NCBI GenBank assembly: GCA_051362555.1
Contig: CM120641.1
Location: 24,806,401-24,870,400 of the forward strand
Reading direction: 5' to 3'
Length of the DNA stretch: 64,000 nucleotides
Source: Lingula anatina
Lineage: Eukaryota; Animalia; Brachiopoda
The notes under the pieces are model-generated. The model was not told where the DNA came from and ran no database searches. It was given only the letters and a program-made list of their open reading frames with translations. Positions 1-14,000 of this stretch are shown here, in pieces. Made by a program: the position numbers and the translations under genes. Positions within the stretch are counted from its first letter, which is position 1, and each line of letters begins with the position of its first letter.

Positions 1-481
1 CACTAAAATCTCGGGGGTAGATCAAAGTAGATTAGGATGAAAGTGTTTTCACAATGCCATTGTTCCATATCGATTTTCCTTGTTCTGCTACCGAAAGGTT
101 TTGTTGAACAGTACTAATACGGCTTTTGTTCACATCCAATGACCTTTCATTTTGGCTCACTTTTAGCCGCAAGGTGGCGCTGCGTACAGGAAGCGCTAAT
201 GACATCCGGGCCATAACAATGTGCTCATTTACTTGTGGATTCGAATGCTTAGCAGGTGTCCAAAATAGCTTTCATCAGTGTCAACAGTAGCGTGGCCAGG
301 CTTTAGCCCACTAGAACTCAATGATACTGAACACAGTGTTCCTACCATTCATGTGAATCGACGTTTTGTTTTTTGAGTCCAGGATAAAGTCGAAGGAGGG
401 GCAAGGAGTGGGAGTTAATCAGGAACTCGTCGTTCAGGGAGAGTGACTCGGTGACAGCTGATAACAGTGAATCTAATAACA

Positions 482-709
482 ATGAAAATGGCGGAGTCTG
501 ATTGTCAACCAGCTGAGAATGGCGTCCATTCTCCCGGGACTCAGCTGAAATTGGGTGTTAAATGTCCTCGCCTGGATATGAGCACGGTGAACTGTAAAAC
601 TGTCCTAGACGGACTGGACCCCGCTGTTGTTATCGTGCCCAAACTCAATGGACTGGACACAGAACATAACAACAATAAAACTACCACCGATCAGCAACAA
701 ACGAAACAG
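482..709 (+). CDS. Rbfox1: Probable Rbfox first coding exon ([10 protein letters not shown]...QQQTKQ)
   Basis: ATGs at 482 and 488 in a CpG-richer region; strong donor CAG|GTAAGC at 709/710; phase 0 matches the exon at 32426. Confidence 0.7.
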
Positions 710-3700
710 GTAAGCTCCTTTTTTTCTTATGACACATTTTTTCTGTTGTTGGTATACTTCACAACAATAATGTACGTGCTATTATAGTGCACACACGTGG
801 GATAAGGAAACGGGAAATGATTACCACGCACTATCGTTTAATATTACCGGAACGAAAGTGCAAAGCACACAGCGTTACCAAAAGTTGATTGTTTTTCCTA
901 GGGCAGAGCAATATTGGAAATACAATATTTATGATCACTCAGGTGGTGTCATGATTTATCATTTCGTGTTGGGCTTTGTTGCATTGTATTTCAGGTGTTC
1001 TTCACTGAGTCAGACGTCTGCTTGTAAATTAGCATATGTCATCATGTTCTTTGTCAATTTCATTAGTGTGAAATGGATTAACAGAAATAATTCTAGGTAC
1101 GACCTTTAACAAAATTGAACAAATGTATGGAGAGTCTTGCTCTTGAATGTTGATTGGTGCGTAATTGAAGTTTTATAATGAGATTAACAGCTGTGAACTA
1201 AACAATGTATGATAATGGCTTTACAGGTAGTTATAACTATACTAGTATGGGGGGTTGCTCTTTTTTCTCTCTCTTCTTTATGTTTTTACAAAAATGAAAA
1301 GGTCATACATGATCATTTTTTATTTCTTTTTGTAGAGTCATTTATTTCAACAGATAACTGCAGAATTACAACTCAGTATCCTGTTTTTTAAACTTAATAT
1401 TTCTTTGTCACCCAAGTCAATCTGGGCAGACGAGTGATGTCATGCTCTAGCAGAAATTAATTTAAGAATTGCCTGACGGTTTGTTTCAGAAGTCTTCTTG
1501 AAGGCATGTTCCTAACTGATGAAATTAAAGATATGAGTTGAAGTGATCTCAGTAAAGTTACCCTTCAGTGTTGACGTATGTCAGGAGCGCAATATGGTAT
1601 TCTGATGTTAAAAGAAGAAAAGTAACATACAGACATAATAGTTCACCTCCAGTCTAAAGTGGTATTTGACTCATTTCCCCAATAATGTAAGCTTTGTATG
1701 ATATTGTTTGTTCCAATTCATTATACAAATGATCCTGTTAGCCGACCACACATGTTTCTCATCATCTATTTTAATCCAGTTAATATGCGCACTAGGCATG
1801 TTTGCTGAGAATGTAGGAGACCTCAGGACAAGTAAATATTACAGTGGAGCTTAATGTAACATACACCTGGCAAGCTGTTTGACGGAATGACATTTTGTGG
1901 CAGGTATAAATACTGTATCGTTGTCCATATGGAGGTGGAGTTAAAATAAAATACCATAGCCTTATCAAAAGTGTATCACCTTGAACCGCTGTGTACACAC
2001 TGTACGTTTGCCCACTATCACATAATTGCTGATTTAGGGCCTTTCGAGAGATTTGTCAGTTGTAAAACCCGGACTGGATATCCTTTTTATCACAGTGCAA
2101 ATAATCAGGTCTATAATATTGATCCAAACATAGCAATCAATGTCTGGTTTGAGCTTTCTGCACCATTTAATGCATATCCTATAGAGTTGTGGTGGTTTTC
2201 TATCAATTTTGCTGATCTGTGTTCTTGGAGGAGGAGGATAAATGGAGAATTAAACTGTTCTAAATCATACATACTATTTTTCTTTCTTTATTATTGCATT
2301 TATTTTTAAACGGATGTTGAATATCTTGCAATGCAACATTTGTCTATGGCCGTAAGAATTATAAGCAACAAATCCTATTGATCTTGGGTATTAAACATTG
2401 CAATACTTCCACTCCATTGTCAACATTTGGGACTGATTGTATACATAGCAAATACTATGTTGACAATGTTGGCCAAGATGCCATAATGCCACTCATTGTG
2501 AATAAACCAACAATCTCATAGCACCAGCCTTTCTATAGCCGGCCCCAGTCATAAGGTTTGATTAGCCAGATTCCATTAACATAAACTCTTTAAATTTGCA
2601 TTCATAATATTTGATATAATTCCTTTTAAGAAAACACTTGGAAATAGAACTGCTACATGCTTTTTCTGCTTGAGTGTTACAAAGGCATGTCATGTTTTTC
2701 AAGTGTCGCCGTTCGTCCATTGTCCCCTGGCCAAGTCTTTGTTTGGCAGTATTGTGACCGAGGGGGAGAGACGGCTTTTATTCACAACATACCCCCATTG
2801 TGTATAGTAACCCCGCTTCCCAAGGCACACAAACTAGAGGTCTTTAAGCAAACCTGTAGGTGTAAACAGAGAAGGAAATGTATGCAAACACTATTGTAGT
2901 TGATCAGTGTCTGGAGGTATTTGAAGTTACTTTTCAGACAATAAATAACGGCCTAATCTGGACTGTTGATACATTTCACATAGATAAAAACTTGCTGCAT
3001 CTACAGATTCAGAAGTGTCTACTGTAGATTTTTCTCTTATTGAGTTACAAGTAGTATCAAATTACTAATAAAACAACCTTTTAACTCTTCAGTACCCAGA
3101 TATAAAGAAGAAAAAGTTTAGATAAATTTAAATGTTTTTCTTATGATTTTATTATGAAGACCTCATCATAAGCAGAAATTACAATAACAGCTGGGAGATT
3201 ATTCTCTTTGGAAATTCATCAGTAATCCAAATTGAAAATAGAACTGTGAGTCACTTGACCTATAAAATAAGAAAACTAATAATGGTGTTCACATTTATGT
3301 ATGCTGATATGTATTTTACGAGGGTGTGATCAAGCATATAAATTGCTAAAGTAATTACTGGAAGGAAAGCAAAGCACAGAGTAATGTCAGTAAAATTTGT
3401 TATGTTTGTTACATCAGTTGGCCGTGATGAACATGAACAGAATAAAACAAATGTTGGGTATAGTTATAAAAAATAACAAAGGGTTTGTTTTTTTAATATG
3501 ATGAAAAAAAAAGTAATCACATTTATACTTTTGGTTGAGGAGGGCTTCCAGTATCAGATATATTGTAGTGTGTGTTGTTGTGAGATAAGCACATCACATT
3601 TGTGGTGTTTTGGATGGCATCACTCTTAAGGAATGCCTCCCCCCTCCCCAGTATGGTTTTCCTTTAAGGGGAAACCATTATATTGACACTGAACCTGGCA

Positions 3701-5033
3701 CTTCTCGTGCTGCGTTTTATGACATGAGCTTTCGGGGTACACCCTGAGTTTCAGAGGTCGTTGGAAACTCCTCTCTATTATCATTATGCCATTGTTGTTT
3801 CCAGCAATGAAACTCAGGGTGTCAGGATATTGGATAAGTGGAAAGGAAAGGGGCCTGGTAGCTTCCAGCTCAGACTTCCTGTAGAAGTGGGAATCATGTT
3901 CTTCTATTGGGATTAATCTTGAATTATTGAGCTGGAAGTGGAAGGATGTTCATATTTTATACCAGATGAGATTGTGATTCAGAAGTGAAAAAGAATGGGA
4001 AGAGAGGAAGAACATCTGTTTGAAAAGATTACATTGCTATTTTTATCAATGGTTTGTCACCCAGAATAGAATAGAATAATTCAATTTATTCAATTGCCTG
4101 ATAATAAATAGTTATGCAATGAACAGCCATTTGTAGGTTTCTTTATGTATTTGTTTGACATTCCTTATGTTACTTAGATAGCATGACTATGTGGGTGCAT
4201 CAAGCTCTTGGGAGGGGGGGGGGGGTAACCACCATTGGATGACGGACCTTCAAAGGCAGGTCTCACAAAGGACATTCATTTGAAAGTTGGTTTTATCTTT
4301 GAGACAGAAAATTTCAAATTCAACCCAGGTAAATTTAGTTTAGTCCACTGAGGTAAAGTGACTATCACTCAGAAACTTTAACCATTTCTCACTTTTTGTG
4401 AAATAGAACTAGGGAGTAATAATGATTTTAATAAGGGCAAAAAAGACTAGGATTTTCACTGTTAAATTTTAGGCCGACTTAAGACTCCAATTCCTTTGTG
4501 AAATTGGCTCTTGCTTCATAATTCCTTCTAATGAAGACAGTGTTGAGCCAGTGGCTCTTTTATAATGGCTCCCTAGTTGATTGCAGCTGACTTTGGGATA
4601 TGGATGTCAATAGTAATATGACAAGTTGATAAATTTGTTTCTGTGATTAAAGGAAGGTGACGTGAAGATCTGAAATTAAATCTAATTACGTGAAGTTTTT
4701 TTGACGGATCTGAGCGAAATAACAAAGAAGCTGTGTCTCATGAATGAATGATGGCTGGGAAATCTTGGTTTAGGTTTTATAAAGATAAGTGACATAGAAG
4801 CTCAGTCTCTCTTTCCATTTTTGATTCTTTTCATAAAACATTTGATATTGGAACAGATGATTTGGTTATTTTTAACTTTTAATTAGGATCAGTTTTTATT
4901 AACAAAGACCAGAAGCCTTTAAGGCTTTAAGGTTCTAGTTACTTTGGCTTTAAGGTTCTAGTTACTTTGGGGACAATTTATTAATCCACTTGACTAATAG
5001 TCCACATGAAAAAATAAATAAATAAATAAAAAA

Positions 5034-5072
<39 letters not shown>

Positions 5073-8000
5073 AGATAGAATTAGATAATGCATGTGCCAT
5101 CTTTGATATGTACAGATATTTATGGTTGACTGAAAATGCCCTAATGAAAAGAACTTAAACTTGTTCAATTTGATATTTAATAAATGTGATGAGGGTTAAT
5201 TCTTGACTATGACTGAAATCACTTAGTTCAACGAGCAACAATATATAGTTTGCATATATTCATTTACATCTAAATAAGTAAATTTAAACTGACATAAATA
5301 CACTGTCATATAATTATCAGTTTATAAAGATGACAATTTAGTTTCAAATGTTCAGTTTTATCAAATTCATTTGAAAGACAAATTATTTTGAATACCTTCT
5401 TTGTATGTTGTGATGTTATATAAAAAACTATTGAGTTACAGCTGTGCTGTGATCTTGGGAGTTTATTCATAAGGTGGAAATTTTTTTAAACTGTTGCTTG
5501 TTTTTCGTGCCCAATGGAAATTGAAATGAAAATTTGTTCTTGGTTTTGTCATGGGGCACCTGCAGAGAAAATAACCATTGTCCTCAACAGATTTAAGACA
5601 AAGACTAATAGCACTGAAGTACGCATAATTCTATGGTGACTCTATGCAGATAACTCTGCAAAGGATTTTTTTCTGAAAATATAAGCTAAGCATTACTTTG
5701 TCAATCAAAATACCAAGTATTACAATATTGTTATGTTGTTCATATAAATACCATGGTAGAACCATTACAGTGGTACTGTATATATAGAGAGGCACGGAAC
5801 CTGGTTTTTTGGGGAAAAGATAAATTGGTACCTTGTTTGGGGGCCATTTTCCAATAGGGAATACTAAAAAATATATGGCCTCAATACAACATTTTCTTAC
5901 CTACAGTATAACTTATAATGTAGTTTGAAAATTGAGGCAACATTTTTGTTGCCTATATTTTATGTTACATGTGATTAGAGCCACCTGCCAAAAATATGTC
6001 CCAGTATTAGGTTTTATTTCACAGCTGCTGTCTTTTTTTTCATCAGCTTTTACCCGAGTGCAGTGTGGAAGAGAAGACAGTCAGAGCACTTAAGAGGAAG
6101 TAGTAAAAAAATCAACCTGCAGGGACACTAAAATTGGTTTTGCCTGTAATGTCAACAGATTCTGAACAGAATATTACTTAAGGTGGTCCCTAATGTTTTC
6201 TTCTGTGCTTTTTGCTTTTAGTTTTTTATCCCCCATTTGGTTGAGGCAGTAAGGTAGGAGCACTCTGTTCAATTTACCATGAATAATAAATAGATACATA
6301 TGACGGGAGATTCACAATGCTTGATTGATTTCATTTGACAGATGTACCGCATCAAATTGATATGAATCATAATTGAGTATTGTGCATGGCACTAGTGATG
6401 AAAAGGAAAACAATTTATTGGCATTGATATATTTATATTTCATTATATTTGCATGTCAAGAAGTAACATGCATTTGGACAAAGGATCAAATAATGACTAG
6501 TGCTTATTTGGTAATCTGTTCCCCATGTCATTTAATTTTTCCTTCTGTAATCTACAGTAATAATGGTGGATTTATTGTTCTTTGTATCTGATGGGTGAGT
6601 GGCAGATATGGTTGTTTTGTCTACCTCCCAAAAATATTTCTCAATAACTGTCATATTTGCCCTGTTGTTGATAAATGGAATTACTGCAGGAGAAGAATTA
6701 GATTAAACAAAGGGCATCCCTGCAGAGTGAACATGCTCACACTAGCCTACCATCTGCCATGGTAGTAACTTTGTCTTTTGCTCATTCTTTTCATAAAGGG
6801 GATCACAAAGTGTGGGATGATATCCTGAGCTTTAAGCATGGGTCTTGTGGTTACCTGCTTTCTTGTGTAACTTGATTACTGTAATGTAGTTAAGCTGCCA
6901 GTGAGCAGGTGCTCGCTCAAACTGCAGAGATGTAAATCTAACCAATAGAGTTTGGAATGAATTTCCCAGGGGAGAGCTACTCCTAAAAAGCATTTAGATT
7001 AGAGCAGGAAAGGTTCCCTGGCCCCTCTCACTGTATACTTTAGCAATAACTGAACCTTCACTGGAATCCACGTGTAATTGAATGGCTTCAATTGCATTTG
7101 AAACTTGTCAAAACTGTGCTCTGTCTACTATTAAATGTGTCCAACTAAAAAGTGTATGTTGCCAAAATAGGTACATCTCGGTTTATTATAAAACAAAAAC
7201 TACTGAATGGAACAAAACTTCTTTAATATTTATTTTCAAATAGTACATTAAAATAAATTTGAGAGACACGATGGCTTATAAGGTATAATTTTGATGACAA
7301 TTTTATCAGTGAGGAACCAGTTATTTGCATGAATGCATATTTATTGAGCATATAACAAGTAACCCATTATGATTATTTCTAAATTCATTTATATAGTATT
7401 AAATTATATATTTAGCAGTAAAACTTTGCTAACAATTCCAAATTAGCTGCTATGTATTTTTAATAATTATCAGACGTACCTTTCTTTGGCAGCAGAGACC
7501 TTTTTTTATGTGACAGGTGGTGTTTATGGTCTGGGTAATAATTTATAATGGAAGCTTGCCTTTCATATTCCTCATTTTTCATAATATGCATTTTGGCTCA
7601 GTAATGCTCAGTCTGTGATATGAAATCTTGTACCAAACCACAAATATGTCTGTTCAAAAAGCCTTCACCATCAGTGTTACTTTCAACTTTTCATTCTGAT
7701 GATGAAAGGGCTTATTGTTGCACATGGATGTTGTGTACATATGTGCATGCATTTGCATGCATATGTGCACTAGTATTTGTGTGCCATGATATGTATATGT
7801 GTGCACATGTTCAAGCTGTTGAACTCACAAGACTGCACTACATTGAGTATGTTGATAATTTTGACTCTTTTACACACAGAACACAAAAATATGTCCACAG
7901 AGTACACATAGACCCTATTCCCAGAGATTAGATCGATCCAACTAGATCGACCTAACTCCCTGGGGGTTCACGCTAAATAGCTGTCAGCCCCATGGAGATA

Positions 8001-11000
8001 GATCAATCTTAAATCTATGGGAATGCGCCCATATATTGGCCTCCTTTGTCCCAAATGTGCACATGTTATATAGCACTGGTGCTGAGCTTACTTATGCCCA
8101 GATTTTAGTGTGCATGAAAAGGTTCATCAAATCGGGCATAAGTAAATTCAGTACCTGTCCTTTTTTTAACGAGTACATTTAGGACGAAGTAAGCCAAGAT
8201 GTATAGTTACTCAGTACACACATAGTTTAAAGTATACTGTGTATAAAACAATTAACACCAGAATTAGCAATCTACTCAACACATCTCATTCTACTAAATG
8301 CACCTTCATGTTTGTGTGTGAAAATGATAAAAAAATTCTTTTTTAAAGAAGGGGAAAAGTGGCTTAAATAAAACTGGGTTCCCATGCCTAAATCGATCCA
8401 TCTTGATCGGTCTATCTCCCTGGGGAGTCTAACAAAATTGCTGTCAACTAACCAGCTTAAATGTCTGTCACGCCTACCGAATCAGCTAGGGGGTAAAGAT
8501 AATTACCCCCTAACAGCTTAACTAGGAATGACAGACATTTAAGCCGGTTAAGTTGGGAATGGTCCCTTAGACCCAATTTCCAGAGATTAGATCGATCTAC
8601 TTTAGATCGACCTAACTCCCTGGGGGTTCACGCTAAATAGCTGTCAGCCAAGCGGACATGAAAGTTAATTACCCCCTTACAGCTTGTAGTAGGCGGGACG
8701 GACATTTAAGCCGGATTAACTGACAGTAATCTAGTGAGACTCCCCGCGGGGATAGATCGATCTAAAAGCTCTTAAGGTAGCAAAATAAGTTTGTTTCCTC
8801 ATGTTGTAGTGAGTGGTGACCTCCAAATACGTTTGGTGCAATCGCTAAAGTAATAAACCAGCGTTCATAGATACCCGCACTTATCTGCACACATGCGCAG
8901 TAAGATCTGTACAGGTGTCGATTCCGGTAAGTTATCCGGATCGCGCTTAGAAATCCACCTCGCTTGCAGGATTTTGAAAATGCGCATTTTCAAAATCCTC
9001 TTGCGTTCACACTACTGCATTTATTCGAATTGTGACCTAATTCGCAACTTATCCGGATAACTGAGCGTAGTGTGAACGGGGTATTAAAGTAGGACCTCTC
9101 AATGTGCACAGACTCTCGCTAAAGTTTTCTGTTGTGAAAAGGGCCATTGTTTATTACAAGGTCAGATCGTTGCTATGATGGTGTATAAACTTATTATACT
9201 AAAAGAAAGTGCTTGAATATATCAGCCATATATGTTGTATTGAATGTGTAGCATAGGATTGATGGAAGGACCATCAATAGCAATTAATTCATAAATGTCC
9301 ATGGACTGATATCTTTAAGTAGCCATCTGTTCACAGCTGTCGGGGTGAGATTAACAGTGATCAAACCCTTTCAATGGATTTCACAGTTGGCAAGTGTGGA
9401 GAGTGAGAACTTAAGAACAAGAGCTTTCCATTAATATAAGTACTAGTAGAGGATGGCTCTGTTAAGTATGGGGATATTCAAAAAGTGTGTGATAATGTGG
9501 GCATTCAGTACTTTCTATCAGACAGGAATATTGGGATATTTAGTATAGATTAATGTTCGATTAAAAAAATTATTTTCATAAATTCTGTTTTTCAAGTGGT
9601 CTTTGTTCATACAAACTTCATATATATGCTAAAACTGACTTAAATTGGCTAAACAAAAAGGGCTTGATTTTACTAATTTTAGTCAAATTAAAGCCATTTG
9701 AATAACAGACTGACAAAAAAGTGGTGAATTGGCTAAGTGAAAAAAATTGCTAGCGCTACCCCAGTATATATATATTTGTTCTTCCTTACTGACATAGTAG
9801 AAAAGTATTTGCACTACATATATCAATTCTGCCATACATAACAGTGTAACTAAGACCCCATTTCCATAGATTTTAGATCGATCTATCCCTGTGGGGAGTC
9901 TCACTAGATTACTGTCAGCTTAGCCGGCTTAAGCGTCTGTCCCGCCTACTAAAAGCTGTAAGGGGAGTAATTAACTATGGTGCGCGCTCGGCTGACTGCA
10001 ATTTAGCTTGGGAGTTGGATCGATCTAAATATCTGGGAATACACCCTAAAATTTCAGGAAAATATGTTTTGCTGCTTGTCTCTAATTTTACAGATGTCTA
10101 ATACCCCATTCACACTGCCTTTTGAAAAATACAGATTTTTCAAATTTGAATTGCTGGTGAAAAATCTGATTAGCTTGTTTGTTCACCCATGCAAAACGAT
10201 ACCGAATCCCACATTGAAAAATTTCAGGTTTAACTTCCATTCTGTTCACATTTCCAGTAAATTTCATATGCTTTTAGATTTCAACAATAAATATCAAATC
10301 TGTCCATTGTCAAAGTGTATGTCTGAGAAACAATACAGTTCTCTTGAGCTATTTTGCATAAAACACTCTCATTTGGATAAAGTTTCTTTTATCCAAATAT
10401 GCAGACTAGGTCATAATCTTGGGAAGACAAAAATCAATTTATTAAAATGTGTTCAGTATTTAGCCAAAATTTACAAAGCTTCTGAGTGCCCCACCAGTGA
10501 TGGGCAGTAACCAGACCATCAATTTGAAAGATACAGTAACATTCTTTTATTAAAACATCTATCATCTGCCAGATATGATTAGAACTGGCAAATGGCCCAC
10601 AAATCAACCAGCTTCATTTTGTGGCAACATTAATGAATAATTCCTTCATTAAGCAGTCACAAAACCACACAAAAACAATACGCTAAGTACTGATCTTAAG
10701 TCTACAATAGATAGGTATTGAAAGGGAGGGGGAGAGAGAGCAAATCTATAATCACATAAAATCCAATCTATAGCAGTTCAGTTTCAACCCACCACACAAT
10801 AATGAACATTCTATGTATAATAAATACAAAATGCCCAACTTCCCTAACACCATATATCTTATACCAGACCACAATCACCATTACAATGTATACATTACCA
10901 TATCAGGCTGGCAATGAAGCATTACAAGGAAATCACCATGATAATAAGGAACATTATCCAATGCTTGACTTGACTCAGTTTCTGAGTTACATTTAGAAAT

Positions 11001-14000
11001 CACTAATACTGCCATCAATAGCTGAAGATAGCAAAGCACGTGACAGAAATCCCAAGTGGATATAAACAAGAGTTTGAGCACATTCTGAACAAGTTGATCC
11101 AAGGACTTAATATGGAGGATCCACACAAAAGCAATGCCGCTAATTCCCTGATGGTCACCCTGCCTCCACATGTACTGTTGCTTCAGGGGCCTAGCAATTA
11201 AAACTTGGTGCCGAGATTTAATCTGGTTAATGGTGCATGTGGAGGCGGGGAGACCATCAGGGGATAAGGTGGGCTTGCTTTTTAGTGGGGCCTGCCATAT
11301 TTAGTTTCTTATGGTCTCCCCACCTCCACACACGCTGTCACTGCAGGGGCCTAGCAAATTAACCTCTGAACAGAGATTCAATCCATTTAAAGGCACGAGT
11401 TTAGTCTGGGAGACCATCAGGAATCGGCAGCAACACTTGAACTGTGGGGTCTTTGACTATGTGTTCTTACACAATAACCTTTGCTGGATATTGTAGTATA
11501 TTTTTGCATATCCACAGTGTTATATACCCCGTTCACACTACAGTCATTTATCCGCATAAATAGCGAATTGGATCCCGATTGGGATAATTGTAGTAGTCTG
11601 AACGTGTAAGGATTTTTGTTAACCAGTTTCTCAAAATCCTGCTTGCGAGCTGGATTGTCTTACTCTTAAGCAATTTGAATAACTTACCGGAAGCAACACC
11701 TGTACAGAACTGTGCATGTGCGCAGAAAAGTGCAGGTATCTATGAACACTTGTTTATCACTTAAGTTATTGCATCAAACATATTTACAGTTCACCGCTCC
11801 CTACAACATGGAGAAATGTAAACTTATTTTGCCATCTGAAACGTTTCAAGAATGCTGGAATGTCTTTTGAATTACACTTGCCGTTACAAATAAAAACAGA
11901 AGGCAAAAGCTGAGTACAATTAGAGCCATAAATGGCATCATATTTTTGTTTGGTATTTTGAGTTTTCCTGTGCGGCGCATGCGTATCCAAAATAAAGGTC
12001 TACATTAACATTATGTCAGGTGTTATTGTTTTCATCTTAAATCAGGTGCATAATAAAATGCATTGAAATACAAATACTTGAAAAAAATTACAGCCTTTGC
12101 AACTCAACAAAACCAATTCATGGCTGTGGCACATAAACATTTCAAGTCAAAAGCTTTTATAAAATCCAACTGCTATGATGTTGGAATTATGTATTTTATA
12201 GTCAGTAGAGAAGAATGCCTTTGCTGAAATTTGCACTTTCAATCAGCAGGGCTCGACATTAGCGCCTGTCCGCCTGTCCGGGACAGGTAAAAATTCAGTT
12301 CGGACAGGTGAAGTTGCAGGGTTGACTGTCCGACGGACAGGTCATGCTTTATGAGAAATTTGGAGCAAAAATCTTTTAAAAATCATTTTTTTGTTGCATA
12401 CTAACGTCTTTTTGCCTCTTCCTAGACGACATTGAAAAAGAGTGACCTACTTTTGGCACAAAACACATGCAGTCGCAAAACGAAGTCTTAGCAAACTTAC
12501 CGCCAAATTATGAAAGTGAACACCCTCCAGAACTTCAGCAGACAAAATTTATTCACATATCAGGTTCACTACTGAACATTTATTTAGTTAAAAATTTACG
12601 TGGTTTAGTAATAAAGACACTTCCATAAACAGAATCTACACAAGTACTGTGCTGGAGCCAGATTGGACTGGATGAACTGGCTATATCTAGTTCGTTGTCA
12701 AGGCAACAAACTGCCTGTCAATCAAACACGTTGTATGCTATCTGCTCACTATAGACAGTGATATCTTTGGGGCTGAAGATCTTGTTGAAATGTTGTTTAT
12801 TTGCCAAAATATAACCTGAAATTTTGTATGATGTTTTTTTTAATGACTCTAGCATCACCTGTGTTATTTACAGTTTAAAATTTAGTGCTGGAATATGATA
12901 AATTAATTAACATTGCTCTCATATACCAGGGTGATATTGATGTAAGGAAGAAATTAGTAATTACAAATATGAGAATTTTTATAAAAAGAGGGGGAACTTT
13001 TTTATACTGATTTTATTTAGTTCATGTATGTTTAAAAAATCAAACACGTGATAACCCCTTAAAAAGTTAAATTGTTAACATAAATATAAGTAAAGTATTA
13101 TAAAATTTCTTTAATTTTCATTGAAATTTATTCAAATATTATAAATTTTGAATATTTTAATAAAATTAATTTAACAGTACTGTACCCCCTCCCCACTTCC
13201 CACTCAGGGTTTTTTTTTTTAGCTTTGGTTAAACTTCATGTGAATCTGTTATCAAATTGCAGACTTACAATTAGTAGACCCTGTACCCCAAATCCTAGGA
13301 GAAGCCCTGATGTGAATTATCAGACTTAAATGCAAGATTAAATCTTCAGGAGTTCACAAGTATGAAAAAACAAATTTTAATCTGAACATAGATTCACTTT
13401 AAGGTGCATTTTCGGGGCTCATATGATTGAATGTTTTGGTAATATATACATTAATTTAAATGTATGACCACACATATAAATTGACAAAGTTCAAACGTAT
13501 GAATAGAAAAAAATTATTGGTTTTGTGGACAGGTTGGATTGAAAATCGGACAGGTCAAATTTATGAGCACCTGTCCGAAGGACAGGTGCTCATAAAAGTT
13601 AGTGTCTAGCCCTGAATCAGGTAAGAGGGAGATCCTATGCTATGGCCCATAAGAACATCTTAAAGATTTTTTCTCAAATTAAAATAATGGCTGATCAGGG
13701 CCCTGTAACTCGAAAGCATCGCGTATTGTGAATAGCGATATCACAGTGTTTTATATGGGTCGAGTATGGGCCAGTTATGGAATCGAGACGCTTGGGCTCG
13801 GTCGCAATGCACGATGCTTTCGGGTTACGGGACCCAGCTTTACAATACCCAAATTGTAATCCAGAGAGAGACCAGCTGAGGTCAGTTCGAGTGGTTAGTG
13901 TCACTGAAGGCAAGGTAAGGACAAATGTTATAACTGAGAAAGAAATGGATAATAGTATACAAATGATCAAAAGTGTGATTGCCCATCCTTTCAAATAGAT

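Noticed and set aside
4255-4512. Possible decayed MITE (ggcaggtctcacaaagg...cctttgtgaaattggc)
   Set aside because: The TIR match is short and no clear TSD is visible.
7725-7812. TGCATG/TGCA-rich quasi-palindrome
   Set aside because: Alternating purine-pyrimidine low-complexity tract far from any supported exon; the Rbfox motifs are likely incidental.
10064-11171. ORFs 10064-10510 and 10881-11171 as possible transposase or reverse transcriptase remnants
   Set aside because: No DDE, RT or endonuclease motifs recognisable; only a family-B-like terminus at ~10102.
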